A program made the translations under genes and the position numbers. DNA of 64,000 nt, taken from Longimicrobiales bacterium (GTDB lineage Bacteria > Gemmatimonadota > Gemmatimonadetes > Longimicrobiales > Gaopeijiaceae). Each line of letters opens with the position of its first letter. The stretch's first letter is position 1. Location of the stretch: positions 102,530-166,529 of the forward strand of contig JAWLHJ010000006.1 of the NCBI GenBank assembly GCA_041690395.1, written 5' to 3'. Below the pieces are notes generated by a model. That model ran no database searches. It had not been told where the DNA came from and saw only the letters and a list, made by a program, of their open reading frames with translations. Positions 29,695-39,549 of this stretch are shown here, in pieces.

Positions 29695-30129
29695 TCAGGT
29701 CACGCCGGGGGCGTCGACCCGCACCTGGATGTCCGTGGCCGGGTCGAGCGAGTGCAGCACGCTGCAGTACTTGTCCCGCGACAGCTCGACGGCCCGCACG
29801 ACTTTGTCGACGTCTCCGGCCGCCGGTCCCCGGACGCTGCACACGAGCTCGATGCTCAGGTACCGGCGGGGCGGCTCCGGGGCGCGCTCCCCCACGACCT
29901 CGATCTCGATCCCCTCGAGGGGCACACGCGACTTCTCGAGGATCATCTTGATGTCGATCCCCATGCACCCAGCCAGCGAGAGGAGCAGGAGGTTCATGGG
30001 CGCGGCGCCTTCCTTGCCACTCCCGTCCACCGTGACGACCGGACCCTCGTCGGGGCCGCCGCGGAAAAGGAGATCTTGGCCGGCCCACGAGAGGCGGACA
30101 CGACGGATGTTCTTATTCGAAGAAGTCAT
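29695..30129 (-). CDS. OsmC/YhfA family protein
   Basis: PMNLLLLSLAGCMGID ... KYCSV. Confidence 0.85.
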   Translation of the reverse strand: MTSSNKNIRRVRLSWAGQDLLFRGGPDEGPVVTVDGSGKEGAAPMNLLLLSLAGCMGIDIKMILEKSRVPLEGIEIEVVGERAPEPPRRYLSIELVCSVRGPAAGDVDKVVRAVELSRDKYCSVLHSLDPATDIQVRVDAPGVT

Positions 30130-30571
30130 CGGGTGGTGGCTGAGCGGGTGCGCGGTCATGCGCGTCGCCTCGCAGCTTCGCGAGGGTGCGGCGCGCATGG
30201 TCGACGTGCTGCTCCGTGTCCGGCCCGTCGGGCGGGTTGGACAGGAAGGCCTCGAGGTGCGGAATGCACTGCTCGGGGCGCTCGGAGTGCAGCAGGATGA
30301 ACGCCAGGCCGTAGTTCGCGCCGGGCGAGTCAGGGTGCTTCTGGAGGACGTGGCGGTACGTCTTGGCGGCCTCCTCGACCATCCCGATGCGCGTGTAGCA
30401 CATGGCGATCTGCTGGAGCACCACCGGATCTCCCGGCGCCTCCTTGAGCGCCAATCGAAACGACGTCAGCGCCTCGTGGATCTTGCCGGCGACGAGCAGA
30501 TCCTCGCCTTCCCGGTAGTAGTCGATCCGATCGGGGTCGTCGTCGTTGAAGAGCTTCTTCCAGAACGCCAT
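30113..30571 (-). CDS. TPR repeat protein
   Basis: TPR-like helices (YYREG...ALTSFRLAL, IAMCYTRIG, NYGLAFIL). Confidence 0.8.
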   Translation of the reverse strand: MAFWKKLFNDDDPDRIDYYREGEDLLVAGKIHEALTSFRLALKEAPGDPVVLQQIAMCYTRIGMVEEAAKTYRHVLQKHPDSPGANYGLAFILLHSERPEQCIPHLEAFLSNPPDGPDTEQHVDHARRTLAKLRGDAHDRAPAQPPPDDFFE

Positions 30572-30687
30572 GCAATCGGGGGTGGGAAGGGGTCGGCCGG
30601 TCGCTCGGGACGCCGTCCGGAGCCGGCCGGAGAGCTAGGTGAAGGTAGACGAGCGCCGGGGTGCGACGCAACGCTCCACCACGCCCG

Positions 30688-31326
30688 TTAAGGCCGTGCC
30701 GCGACGACGGTTCCGGCTTCGCTGGCCATCACCTCGAGGCCGGCCGCCCGGAAGATCTCCCCGGTGGCGGCCTCATCGGCCCGAACCGCCACCACGCGCG
30801 CCCTCGGAGCCGCCACCCTCGCAGCGTCGTGGAGGGCCGCGGGTCCCAGCCGGGCGTCGACCGCCACCCCTCGGATCGAGCGGCTGAAGAGCGGGATTCC
30901 GGGCGCGGCCGCCATGCGGCTGACGCCGGCGACGCCCGGCCAACCCGCCAGGTCCGCGTCGATCGCTACCACGTGGACGCCCTCGACCCGACCCGCGAAC
31001 GCAGCTGCGTGCCGTGCCGGCTCGCCCGCGAGCACCAACGTGCCCGGGCCCTGCGCCACACCCACCAGGGCGACGAGCCGCTCGGCCTGGGCGTCGTCGT
31101 CCGGGCGCGCCTCGGGCCCACCCGCATACCCCGCCGGCAACGGACCACGTGGCGGAGAGCGCAGATCGGCGAAGCCCTCCCGCACCTGGAGCTGATCCCT
31201 GCAGTTGGGACAGCCGAAGGTCCCATCGATCACACGGCGGTCCTCCATGCGGTCCGCGAGCAGGATGAGCCCGAACTCGGGCCCACAGCGGGGACAGGTA
31301 AGACGGTCGGTGAGGAGGACGTGCAT
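30688..31326 (-). CDS. Trm112-like zinc ribbon fused to a degenerate methyltransferase-like domain
   Basis: MHVLLTDRLTCPRC...GTFGCPNCRDQLQVREGFADL followed by a Rossmann-like region (VHVVAIDA...IPLFSRSIRGV). Confidence 0.65.
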   Translation of the reverse strand: MHVLLTDRLTCPRCGPEFGLILLADRMEDRRVIDGTFGCPNCRDQLQVREGFADLRSPPRGPLPAGYAGGPEARPDDDAQAERLVALVGVAQGPGTLVLAGEPARHAAAFAGRVEGVHVVAIDADLAGWPGVAGVSRMAAAPGIPLFSRSIRGVAVDARLGPAALHDAARVAAPRARVVAVRADEAATGEIFRAAGLEVMASEAGTVVAARP

Positions 31327-31337
31327 GGACCGCGGCG

Positions 31338-32078
31338 TCAGGCCCGCTCGATCTGGAGGAGCGGGATCCGCACGTGGTCCGGACGGGTGGCGACGAACAA
31401 CGCCGCCTCGGCGACGTCCTCCGGCCGGAGCATCCGGTCCCTCGAAGGCAGGGACGGATCGGCGTCCGGATCGAGGGGGTCCCACAGCTCGGTGTCGGTG
31501 GCCGCGGGCTCGAGCAGCGTCGCGCGGACACCCGTGCCACGGATCTCCTCCAGAAGCACCTCGTGCAGCCCACGAAGCCCGTACTTGCCCGTCGCGTAGG
31601 CGGCGTTGCCCGGGAGCGCTTTCCGTCCGGCCACGGAGCCCACGTTCAAGAACAGCCCGCTTCCACGCTCGAGCATCGGCGGGAGCAGGACCCGCATGAC
31701 GATGAACGGCCCTCGCACGTTGACCGCGAGTCCCCGCTCGAAGCTCGCCAGCGTCTCGGTGGCCAGCGCCTCCAGCGCGAACGAGCCCGCCGCGTTCACG
31801 ACGATGTCGGGCGCGCCGCCATGCTCCTCGACCCACCCGTCGAGCGCCTCCCAGAGCGCGACGTCGTCCGTCAGGTCGACGACCAGCGACGTGCCGCCGG
31901 TCGCTGCGGCGAGGTCTCTCAGGTCGGCCGCGCTGCGGCCCAGGCCGGTGACGCGCGCGCCGGCCTCCGCCAGCCGCTCCGCGATCCGCCTCCCGATGCC
32001 CCGGCTCGCACCCGTGACGAGCGCGGTACGCCCCCTGAGGCCGTCCTCGGCTCGCCCGTGCTCCGCGCCGTCGGTCAT
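31338..32078 (-). CDS. SDR oxidoreductase in the pterin operon
   Basis: [21 protein letters not shown] overlap with folE. Confidence 0.88.
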   Translation of the reverse strand: MTDGAEHGRAEDGLRGRTALVTGASRGIGRRIAERLAEAGARVTGLGRSAADLRDLAAATGGTSLVVDLTDDVALWEALDGWVEEHGGAPDIVVNAAGSFALEALATETLASFERGLAVNVRGPFIVMRVLLPPMLERGSGLFLNVGSVAGRKALPGNAAYATGKYGLRGLHEVLLEEIRGTGVRATLLEPAATDTELWDPLDPDADPSLPSRDRMLRPEDVAEAALFVATRPDHVRIPLLQIERA

Positions 32079-32674
32079 CCCAGTGGCTGGTGGACGCTCG
32101 TGGTCAGGCGCAGGAACTCGTCGCGGGTCCGCTGGTCCTCCAGGAACACACCGCGCATGGCCGACGTGATGGTCTTCGAGTTCTGCTTCTGCACGCCGCG
32201 CATCATCATGCAGAGGTGGTACGCCTCCACGACGACGGCCACGCCCAGCGGCTGCACGGTATCCCAGAGCGCCTGCGCGATCTGTTCCGTGAGGCGTTCC
32301 TGAACCTGGAAGCGACGGGCGAACACCTCGACCAGGCGGGCGAACTTCGAGAGGCCCACGATTTGGCCGTTCGGGATGTAGGCGATGTGCGCCTTCCCGA
32401 AGAACGGGAGCATGTGGTGCTCACACATCGAGTACAGCTCGATGTCCTTCACGAGCACCATGCTCTGATGGGACTCCTCGAAGAGCGCGTCCCCTAGCAC
32501 ACCTTCGGGTGTCTCGTGATACCCCTTGGTCAGGAAGGTCATGGCCCGCTCGACGCGCTCGGGCGTCTTCGCCATCCCCTCTCGGCTCGGGTCCTCGCCC
32601 AGACGCCGGATCATCTCCGCGACGAGATCCTTGAACGGGACACCCTCGAGACCAGCGGCTCCGTCCTTGCTCAT
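32075..32674 (-). CDS. folE: GTP cyclohydrolase I
   Basis: [39 protein letters not shown]. Confidence 0.97.
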   Translation of the reverse strand: MSKDGAAGLEGVPFKDLVAEMIRRLGEDPSREGMAKTPERVERAMTFLTKGYHETPEGVLGDALFEESHQSMVLVKDIELYSMCEHHMLPFFGKAHIAYIPNGQIVGLSKFARLVEVFARRFQVQERLTEQIAQALWDTVQPLGVAVVVEAYHLCMMMRGVQKQNSKTITSAMRGVFLEDQRTRDEFLRLTTSVHQPLG

Positions 32675-33099
32675 GCGTTCTCGCTCTCGCCCCGGTACTC
32701 GACCGAGTTGTTGCGGGTCTCACGGATGACGACGCTCGAGAGCGTCACGCCCTCGGGGAGCTCGGGAGCGATGCGGCGCCAGACCGCGACCGCCAGGTTC
32801 TCGGTCGATGGGATGATGCCGTCGAGCCAGCGGACCTCGGTGTTCAGGTTCCGGTGATCGACGTCGACGACGACCCGGTCCTGGATCACGTCCTTGAGCT
32901 GCTTCAGGTCCATGACGAACCCGGTCTCGGGATCGACCGGCCCCGCGACCGAGACGATCAGCTCGTAGTTGTGGCCGTGCCAGTTCGGATTCGCGCAGTC
33001 CCCGAACACCTCGGAGTTCTTCTCTTCGGACCAGTCCTCACGATGGAGGCGGTGGGCCGAAGCGAAGTGCGCGCGCCTGGTGATGGTGACGATGGGCAT
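32671..33099 (-). CDS. 6-pyruvoyltetrahydropterin synthase/QueD family, CX5HGH type
   Basis: [35 protein letters not shown]. Confidence 0.9.
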   Translation of the reverse strand: MPIVTITRRAHFASAHRLHREDWSEEKNSEVFGDCANPNWHGHNYELIVSVAGPVDPETGFVMDLKQLKDVIQDRVVVDVDHRNLNTEVRWLDGIIPSTENLAVAVWRRIAPELPEGVTLSSVVIRETRNNSVEYRGESENA

Positions 33100-33113
33100 G
33101 GGTCCCCGCTACT

Positions 33114-33420
33114 TAGCAGGTCGCTGAAAAAGGGGAGTACCCCGCGTTGGGAGCGCCACGGCCCCGAGCCGTAGGCGGAGCGACGACCGCATAGCCGTAG
33201 CTACGCGGAGGAGCTCCAACGACCGGAACGGGGCCGTGCCGCCCCAACCCTTCAGTTTGTAGGATCATATCATACCACTTGGTGGGCGCATGGGGGTTTC
33301 GCTGGTGATGCGGCGTCACTCCTCGCTCGCCGTAGCGCTGCTATGGCTCGTCGTCGTTCCTTGCCTGACCAGCGAAAGCCCCATGCGCGCGGGGTACTCC
33401 CCTTCTTCAGCGACCTGCTA
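33114..33420. mobile_element. Non-autonomous MITE/REP-like element with 33-bp terminal inverted repeats and two internal hairpin arms
   Basis: TAGCAGGTCGCTGAAAAAGGGGAGTACCCCGCG (33114-33146) matches the reverse complement of 33388-33420 at 32/33. TTAG/CTAG at the ends. No transposase inside. Confidence 0.75.
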
Positions 33421-33438
33421 GGTCCACAAAAGCGTGAA

Positions 33439-33484
33439 GGCCGGGCCCTCGAGCCCACCTTTCGGTGGGTGGGGGAACCGGCCT
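33439..33484 (-). terminator. Hairpin 3' of the putative 6S RNA
   Basis: Minus strand GGCCGG...CCCACC-GAAA-GGTGGG...CCGGCC; weak U-tract. Confidence 0.4.
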
Positions 33485-33487
33485 CCA

Positions 33488-33640
33488 CTGCGCATCGGAG
33501 GGTATTATTGAAGCCCGGGATGAATTGATGGTGACCTCCCCGAACACTTCCGCTTTCCCTCGAGGGGCATAGCGTCGGGCTCGAGAGTCAGTCCCGGCTT
33601 CTCTTGTGTTGGCTCAATAAGTGGTTCTCCGACACGCAGC
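33488..33640 (-). ncRNA. ssrS: Probable 6S RNA
   Basis: Rod-like fold: closing stem CTGCGTGTCGGAG/CTCCGATGCGCAG, TTATTGAGCC/GGCTTCAATAA, A-rich bubble AACACAAGAGAAG, inner stem TGACTCTCGAGC/GTTCGGGGAGGTCA. -10-like TATATT at 33649-33644 immediately upstream. Confidence 0.7.
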
Positions 33641-33686
33641 CTGAATATACCGGGGCCTCCGCGTCGGCGACAGGGGCCCCACCCTC

Positions 33687-34550
33687 TCAACCGCGAAAGC
33701 CTCTGAGCCGCCCCAGATTTCTCAGGTCACCCTCAACCGGGTCGTCCCCCTTCGGCGTCTCGAGCACCTTCGGCACATGGCGCAGCCGCTCGTCCGTCAT
33801 GATCCTGCGGAACGGCTCGTCGCCGAGCGTCCCCATGCCGATCTCCTCGTGGCGGTCCTTGCGGGAGTCGAACGGGTGCTTCGAGTCGTTCAGGTGGATG
33901 AGCCCCAGACGCTCGAGTCCCAGCACGCGGTCGAACGCGTCCCAGACCCCGTCGTAGTCGTTCACCAGATCGTATCCGGCGCTGTACGCGTGGCACGTGT
34001 CGAAGCAGATGCCGAGCCGGTGCTGGAGCTCGTCCGGGATGTGGTCCAGGATGACCCGCAGATTCTCGAACGACGCCCCGACCGTGGTCCCGCTCCCGGC
34101 CGTCAGCTCCAGAAGCACCCGCGTCGGTCCGTCCACGGCCTCGAGGCAGCGCTTGATCCCGTCCGCGTTCCGCTCGAGGCCGGCCTCCACGTCGTTGTCC
34201 GTCGCGTTCCCCGGATGCGTGACCAGGAAGTCCAGCTCCAGCAGGGCGCACCGCTCCAACTCCGCCTGGAACGACTTGCGGGACATCCCGCGCAGCCTTC
34301 CGTCCGGCGACGAGAGATTGATCAGATAGGAGTCGTGAGCGCCGGCGACCTCGATCTGGTGCTCCCGCCGAGCCTCGCGGAAGGCCTCCGCCTCCTCCTC
34401 CGAGATGGTCGGCTCGGCCCAGCGGCTGGGCTGCTTCGTGAAGAGCTGGAGGACCACGGACTCGATCGCCCGGGCCCGGGCGGGGGCGTTGCTGACCCCT
34501 CCCTGGGCGGAAACGTGGGCTCCGAGCTCGTCGCGTGGCTGATCCGTCAT
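33687..34550 (-). CDS. nfo: Endonuclease IV
   Basis: GAHVS, HDSYLINL, HPG, LLELTAG, DTCH, HLNDSK, DRHEEIG, ETP. Confidence 0.95.
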   Translation of the reverse strand: MTDQPRDELGAHVSAQGGVSNAPARARAIESVVLQLFTKQPSRWAEPTISEEEAEAFREARREHQIEVAGAHDSYLINLSSPDGRLRGMSRKSFQAELERCALLELDFLVTHPGNATDNDVEAGLERNADGIKRCLEAVDGPTRVLLELTAGSGTTVGASFENLRVILDHIPDELQHRLGICFDTCHAYSAGYDLVNDYDGVWDAFDRVLGLERLGLIHLNDSKHPFDSRKDRHEEIGMGTLGDEPFRRIMTDERLRHVPKVLETPKGDDPVEGDLRNLGRLRGFRG

Positions 34551-34708
34551 CGACCCATCCTCATCGGAAAAAAGTGCTGGTTCGGTAAGAAGGTACTACG
34601 GACGGCACCGGCGGCGGCAGCGCGCCGACCGCATCGCACATAGGGCAAGGCACTGTCGCACAATCACTTGAGGAACCTCCACGGAAGGCGTCGCTACCCG
34701 CCGCCCTC

Positions 34709-34724
34709 GGGCACGCCCCTTGAA
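34709..34724 (+). promoter_or_regulatory. Sigma-54-like -24/-12 promoter
   Basis: GGGCACG-CCCC-TTGAA versus consensus TGGCACG-N4-TTGCW; 50 nt upstream of ATG 34775. Confidence 0.45.
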
Positions 34725-34774
34725 CAAGAGAGGGCACCCCCCAACCACCCCGAAACGCGCGGAGCCCCCACCCA

Positions 34775-35215
34775 ATGCGCATCGCCACCGACGGATACAT
34801 CGACCTGACCGACGCCCGCTACGTCCGGACGCCCGGCGCCCATAACGACAACGTAGAGCCCCTCCCGGAAGGCGAGGCGCTCTCGTTCCTGCTGTCGCAC
34901 GACTTCCCGGGACACCGGCGCGTCGTGCGCCCGCTCTCGCTGGACGAGCGCAAGCGGATCGCACTGGCGCGTTGGGCCGATTCGGTCTCGGAGCGCATGG
35001 CCATCGTCGACCGTGTGTGGCGCGCCATCACGGTGCCGGTACCGGCGCCGGCAAACCCCGAGAAGCCCGAGCTGATCCAGGTCCTCCGCTTCCGCGACCG
35101 GGACTACCCTCTGTACCTTGACGGGGCCCGGACGCGCGTCATTGCGGACGCCAAGCCGAAGGGCAAGCGGCTCGAGCGGTCCATGATCATGGACTTCGAT
35201 CTCAAGATCGCCTGA
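34775..35215 (+). CDS. Hypothetical protein (146 aa)
   Basis: Normal codon pattern; fills the gap between nfo and fumC; no recognised domain. Confidence 0.75.
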   Translation: MRIATDGYIDLTDARYVRTPGAHNDNVEPLPEGEALSFLLSHDFPGHRRVVRPLSLDERKRIALARWADSVSERMAIVDRVWRAITVPVPAPANPEKPELIQVLRFRDRDYPLYLDGARTRVIADAKPKGKRLERSMIMDFDLKIA

Positions 35216-35314
35216 AACGATGACTCGCCGGTCCGGAGCGCTTCGAGCGGCCGGTCGGCAGCTGGCGCCCACGCTCGTTCGATGTGGGTCTACGCCCTGG
35301 GGGGGGCGTGCCAG

Positions 35315-35348
35315 GAGCGGCGGCAGGTGCGCGCACCTGCCGTCGCTC
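35315..35348. terminator. Strong hairpin between convergent genes
   Basis: GAGCGGCGGCAGGTGC-GC-GCACCTGCCGTCGCTC. Confidence 0.5.
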
Positions 35349-35391
35349 GAATCGTTTCGGGCCCGAGCTTCCAGGCTCCAGGACGCCGGCG

Positions 35392-36783
35392 CTACTCCGG
35401 GAGCCCCGGCTCGGTCATCCCCCGCACGTCCAGAGCGTCGTCGATCTGGTCTTCGGGAAGAAGGCCCTTCTCGAGCACGATCTGGCGCACGCTGACCCCA
35501 CGCGCGGCCGATTCCTTGGCCACCACGGCGGCCGCGTCGTAGCCGATGTAGGGGTTCAGCGCCGTCGCGATGGACGGGTTCAGCTCGAGCAGCTCCCGCG
35601 CCCGCTCCTCGTTCGCCTCGATGCCGGCGACGCAGCGATCGGCGAACAGCCGGGCCACGTTCGCGAGCAGCGTGATCGACTCGAGCAACGCATGGGCCAG
35701 GACGGGCATCATGACGTTGAGCTCGAAGTTGCCGCGGCTCCCGGCGACGGTGATGGTCGCGTGGTTCCCCATGACGCGCGCGGCGACCATCATCATGGCC
35801 TCCGAGAGCACCGGGTTGACCTTGCCCGGCATGATCGAGGAGCCGGGCTGGATGGCGGGGAGCCGGATCTCCGAGAGGCCGGAGGTCGGACCCGAACCGA
35901 GCCACCGGACATCGTCGGCGATCTTCATGAAGCTGGTCGCGACGGTGTTCAGGGCACCGGCGACCTGCACCGCGGCATCCTTGGCGCCCTGGGCCTCGAA
36001 GTGGTCATCGGCCTCACGGAACGGCACCCCGGACGCACCGGCGATCCTCGCGATGGTCTTCTCCGCGAAGCGCTCGTGCGTGTTGATGCCCGTTCCCGTC
36101 GCCGTCCCGCCGAGCGCGAGCTCCTCGAGCTCGACCGCGGCGACCCGCACCCGCTCCATGCCCTTCTGGACCTGGGTGGCGTATCCGCGGAACTCCTGCC
36201 CGAGCCGGACCGGAGTGGCGTCCATGAGGTGCGTCCGCCCGGACTTCAGGACACCGTCGAACGCCTCCGCCTTCTCGGCGAGCGCCGCCCGCAGGTGCTC
36301 CAGCGCGGGAAGAAGCTCCTCGTCGATGGCGACGCGCGCCGCGACGTGGATGGCGGTCGGGATCACGTCGTTCGAGGACTGCCCGAAGTTCACGTGATCG
36401 TTCGGATGGACCTTCGTCTCTCCACCCGCGATCTGCGTCGCTCGCCGGGCGACCACCTCGTTGGTGTTCATGTTGGTCGAGGTCCCCGAGCCCGTCTGGT
36501 AGATGTCGAGGACGAACTGGCCGTCCCACTTGCCGTCCGCGACCTCGCCCGCGGCCTCCACGATGGCCCGGACGATGTCCGCGTCGACCGTGCCCAGCTC
36601 GGCGTTCGTCTCGGCGGCCGCTCTCTTGATCCACCCGAGCGCCTGGATGAAGCGCCTTCCGAAGCGCTGTCCGCTGATCGGAAAGTTCTCGACCGCCCGC
36701 TGGGTCTGGGGGCCGTAGAGCGCGTCGGCGGGCACCTTCATCTCGCCCAGGGAGTCCTTCTCGGTCCGGAACTGGTCAGCCAT
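35392..36783 (-). CDS. fumC: Class II fumarate hydratase
   Basis: [47 protein letters not shown]. Confidence 0.96.
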   Translation of the reverse strand: MADQFRTEKDSLGEMKVPADALYGPQTQRAVENFPISGQRFGRRFIQALGWIKRAAAETNAELGTVDADIVRAIVEAAGEVADGKWDGQFVLDIYQTGSGTSTNMNTNEVVARRATQIAGGETKVHPNDHVNFGQSSNDVIPTAIHVAARVAIDEELLPALEHLRAALAEKAEAFDGVLKSGRTHLMDATPVRLGQEFRGYATQVQKGMERVRVAAVELEELALGGTATGTGINTHERFAEKTIARIAGASGVPFREADDHFEAQGAKDAAVQVAGALNTVATSFMKIADDVRWLGSGPTSGLSEIRLPAIQPGSSIMPGKVNPVLSEAMMMVAARVMGNHATITVAGSRGNFELNVMMPVLAHALLESITLLANVARLFADRCVAGIEANEERARELLELNPSIATALNPYIGYDAAAVVAKESAARGVSVRQIVLEKGLLPEDQIDDALDVRGMTEPGLPE

Positions 36784-36872
36784 GGGAAACGTGTCTCTTC
36801 GGGTGTGGATGTGGGTCGTGCTCAATCTACGCGCCGCCGGGCGGGGGTGAAGCCCTCCCGGTACGCCAGCGC

Positions 36873-37583
36873 TCAGCCCTTCTTCGGCTGGCTCGGACGC
36901 ATCTCGATCCGGCTCACGTGTGCTTCCTTCGGATACGCGAGCAGCTGCATGACCGCGAGGGCGCAGTCGTCCGGCTCGAGCCGCCAGGTCCGACCCGAGC
37001 TCGGCTCCGTCTGGTTGAAGTGGGTGTCGACGCTGCCGGGCATCACGACGCTCACGCGGATGTCGTCGTAGCGGACGTCCAGCATCATCGCCTCGGTCAT
37101 GCCGAGCACGCCGAACTTGCTGGCGTTGTAGCCCGTGCCGCCCGCGAACGTGTTACGGCCCGCCAGCGACCCGATGTTGATGATGAAGCCGTCCCCGCTC
37201 GCGCTCAGGGGCTTCAGGGCCGCCTTGGAGCAGTAGAAGACGCCGCCGAGGTTCACGTCGATCTGGCGCCGCCACTCTTCCACGGAGAGCTCGGAAATCG
37301 GCTTGAAGACCCCGACGCCCGCGTTGTTCACGAGGATGTCCAGGCGGCCCAGCCGACGTACGGTCTCGTCGACGAGCGTCTGACAGGCGTCCGGGTCGGC
37401 CACGTCGCACGGGATGCCGATGGCCAGATCACCGAGCTCATTCGCCGTCGCCTCGACGTCGCTGGCGGTACGGGAGCTCACCACGACCCGGCACCCCGCT
37501 TCGACGAGACGCGCGGCGATCGCTCGTCCGATTCCCTTGGTACTTCCGGTCACGATCGCGACTTTTCCGCTAGGGTCGGGCAT
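36873..37583 (-). CDS. SDR oxidoreductase
   Basis: [24 protein letters not shown]. Confidence 0.9.
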   Translation of the reverse strand: MPDPSGKVAIVTGSTKGIGRAIAARLVEAGCRVVVSSRTASDVEATANELGDLAIGIPCDVADPDACQTLVDETVRRLGRLDILVNNAGVGVFKPISELSVEEWRRQIDVNLGGVFYCSKAALKPLSASGDGFIINIGSLAGRNTFAGGTGYNASKFGVLGMTEAMMLDVRYDDIRVSVVMPGSVDTHFNQTEPSSGRTWRLEPDDCALAVMQLLAYPKEAHVSRIEMRPSQPKKG

Positions 37584-37655
37584 GCTTGCTTCTCCTTCTA
37601 TCTTCGGGTGAGGCGGGGCGCCCGCCTGGACGCCGACTCGACATGGAGTGTCGCC

Positions 37656-38411
37656 ATGAAAGGACCCTCGTCGCAACGCGTCGCTCTCGTCACGGGGGGC
37701 GCCGTCCGTGTGGGGGCGGCCATCAGCCAAGGTCTCGCGAAGGCCGGATACGACCTGGTGGTCACCTACCGCTCTTCGGAAGGCCCCGCGCGTGAGCTCG
37801 AAGAGCGCGTTCGCTCCCTCGGACGCCGATGCGCGCTCGTTTGGGCCGACCTCGCCGAACCGCGGGGCTGCGCCTCCGTGGTTCGGGCCGCCGACGATGC
37901 CTACGGGCGCCTCGACCTGGTGGTGAACTCGGCGGCGAGCTTCGCCTCACGCCCGCTCGAAGCCGTGAACGCCGCCGCGTGGGACGCCGTGATGGCGGTC
38001 AACGTCCGTGCGCCACACCTGGTGGTGAGGGCCGCCGCGGAGCTCCTGCGGGCCGCGAATGGTTCGGTCGTCAACATCGCCGACCTCTCGGCCCTGGAAC
38101 CATGGGTGCGGTATCCCGACCACTCGGTGTCGAAGGCCGCGCTCGTCCACCTCACCAAGGTGCAAGCGAGAGCGCTCGCGCCCGACGTACGGGTCAACGC
38201 CGTGGCACCGGGGGCGGTGCTCCGACCGGACGACCAGTCCGACGAGGAGTGGGCGCGCCTGGGCGATGCCGCGCCGCTGCGACGCACCGGATCGCCCCAG
38301 GACGTCGTGGACGCGGTGCTCTACCTGGCCGAGGCGAGCTTCGTGACCGGGCAGATCCTCGCGGTGGACGGGGGACGCTCGCTCGGGTCCACGACGGCGC
38401 TGCAGGGATAG
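37656..38411 (+). CDS. Pteridine reductase-like SDR (PTR1/FolM-like)
   Basis: TGGAVRVG (Arg in the Gly loop as in PTR1/FolM), NSAA, NIAD, HSVSK, LAPDVRVNAVAPG, VDGGR. Confidence 0.75.
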   Translation: MKGPSSQRVALVTGGAVRVGAAISQGLAKAGYDLVVTYRSSEGPARELEERVRSLGRRCALVWADLAEPRGCASVVRAADDAYGRLDLVVNSAASFASRPLEAVNAAAWDAVMAVNVRAPHLVVRAAAELLRAANGSVVNIADLSALEPWVRYPDHSVSKAALVHLTKVQARALAPDVRVNAVAPGAVLRPDDQSDEEWARLGDAAPLRRTGSPQDVVDAVLYLAEASFVTGQILAVDGGRSLGSTTALQG

Positions 38412-38507
38412 CGGGACCCACGCTCCGGCGCCCACCTAGCCCCCCACGCGCCTGTCGGGCGCGACGAAGGCGGGCGCGACGAAGGCGGGCGGGACGTGCC
38501 GGGCGGC

Positions 38508-39545
38508 TCAGCCGACCGGCGTCTTCCCCGCGGTGACGTCGGCGTGCGCCTCGGTTCCCCCGCTCGTTCCGGGGCCTCCGTGGGCGAGCCACCGCTCCGC
38601 TTCGAGCGCGGCCATGCACCCGGTTCCTGCGGCCGTGACCGCCTGGCGGTAGAAGTCGTCCATCACGTCACCGGCGGCGAACACGCCCGGCACGGATGTC
38701 TGGGTCCGCCAGGGGATGGGGGTCTCCACGTACCCGTTCTCCTTCAACGCGATGGCCCCCTTCAGAAACGCCGTATTGGGATCGTGCCCGATGGCCACGA
38801 ACAGCCCCCCCACCTCGAGCGAGCTCTCGGCCCCGGTCTCGGTATCCCTGAGGCGCAGCCCCGTGATCGACTCGTCGCCCTCGACCTCGGTGACGACCTT
38901 GTTCCACTCCACCCGGATCTTCTCGTGCTCGAGCGCCCGCTCGGCCATGATCTTGGAGGCACGGAACTCGTCGCGTCGGTGCACGATGACGACCTCCTTC
39001 GCGAACTTCGCGAGGTACAGCGCGTCTTCCATGGCCGAGTCGCCGCCGCCGACCACCGCCAGGACCTTGTCCCGGAAGTGGGGAAGCGCGCCGTCACACA
39101 CCGCGCAGGCGCTCACGCCGCCTCCGGACTGGGCGAGCCGCTCTTCGTTCGGGAGCCCCAGCCACCTGGCGTTGGCGCCCGTCGCGACGATGACCGTGTC
39201 GGCCAGCACTTCGGCCCCGCCACTCGACTCGATGCGGAACGGGTGGCTCGACACGTCGACCGAGACGACATCCTCCCACACGGAACGCGTACCGAAGCGC
39301 AACGCCTGGGCGCGCATCTCGGCCATGAGCTCCTGGCCGGTCACCCCGTCCTTGAAGCCCGGGTAGTTCTCGACTTCGGTCGTGAACATGAGCTGGCCAC
39401 CGGGAATCATGGTCCGGCTTCCGGCGCCCTCGAAGACGAACGGCTCCATCTGGGCGCGCGCCGCGTAGATGGCGGCGGTCCAGGACGCCGGCCCGGATCC
39501 GATGATGACGACGGTCTCGCGCTCACGGGGTCCTTTCTCGCCCAT
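38508..39545 (-). CDS. trxB: Thioredoxin reductase
   Basis: [24 protein letters not shown] (CxxC), [18 protein letters not shown]. Confidence 0.95.
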   Translation of the reverse strand: MGEKGPRERETVVIIGSGPASWTAAIYAARAQMEPFVFEGAGSRTMIPGGQLMFTTEVENYPGFKDGVTGQELMAEMRAQALRFGTRSVWEDVVSVDVSSHPFRIESSGGAEVLADTVIVATGANARWLGLPNEERLAQSGGGVSACAVCDGALPHFRDKVLAVVGGGDSAMEDALYLAKFAKEVVIVHRRDEFRASKIMAERALEHEKIRVEWNKVVTEVEGDESITGLRLRDTETGAESSLEVGGLFVAIGHDPNTAFLKGAIALKENGYVETPIPWRTQTSVPGVFAAGDVMDDFYRQAVTAAGTGCMAALEAERWLAHGGPGTSGGTEAHADVTAGKTPVG

Positions 39546-39549
39546 CTGA

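Noticed and set aside
33113..33690. Small ORFs (61-72 aa) in the PTPS-nfo gap
   Set aside because: They are translations of the inverted-repeat element and the putative 6S RNA; SLKKGSTPR recurs because of the TIR.
38457..38500. 15-bp tandem repeat GGGCGCGACGAAGGC x2 plus a degenerate third copy
   Set aside because: A short local duplication in GC-rich sequence between convergent genes, with no evidence of function.
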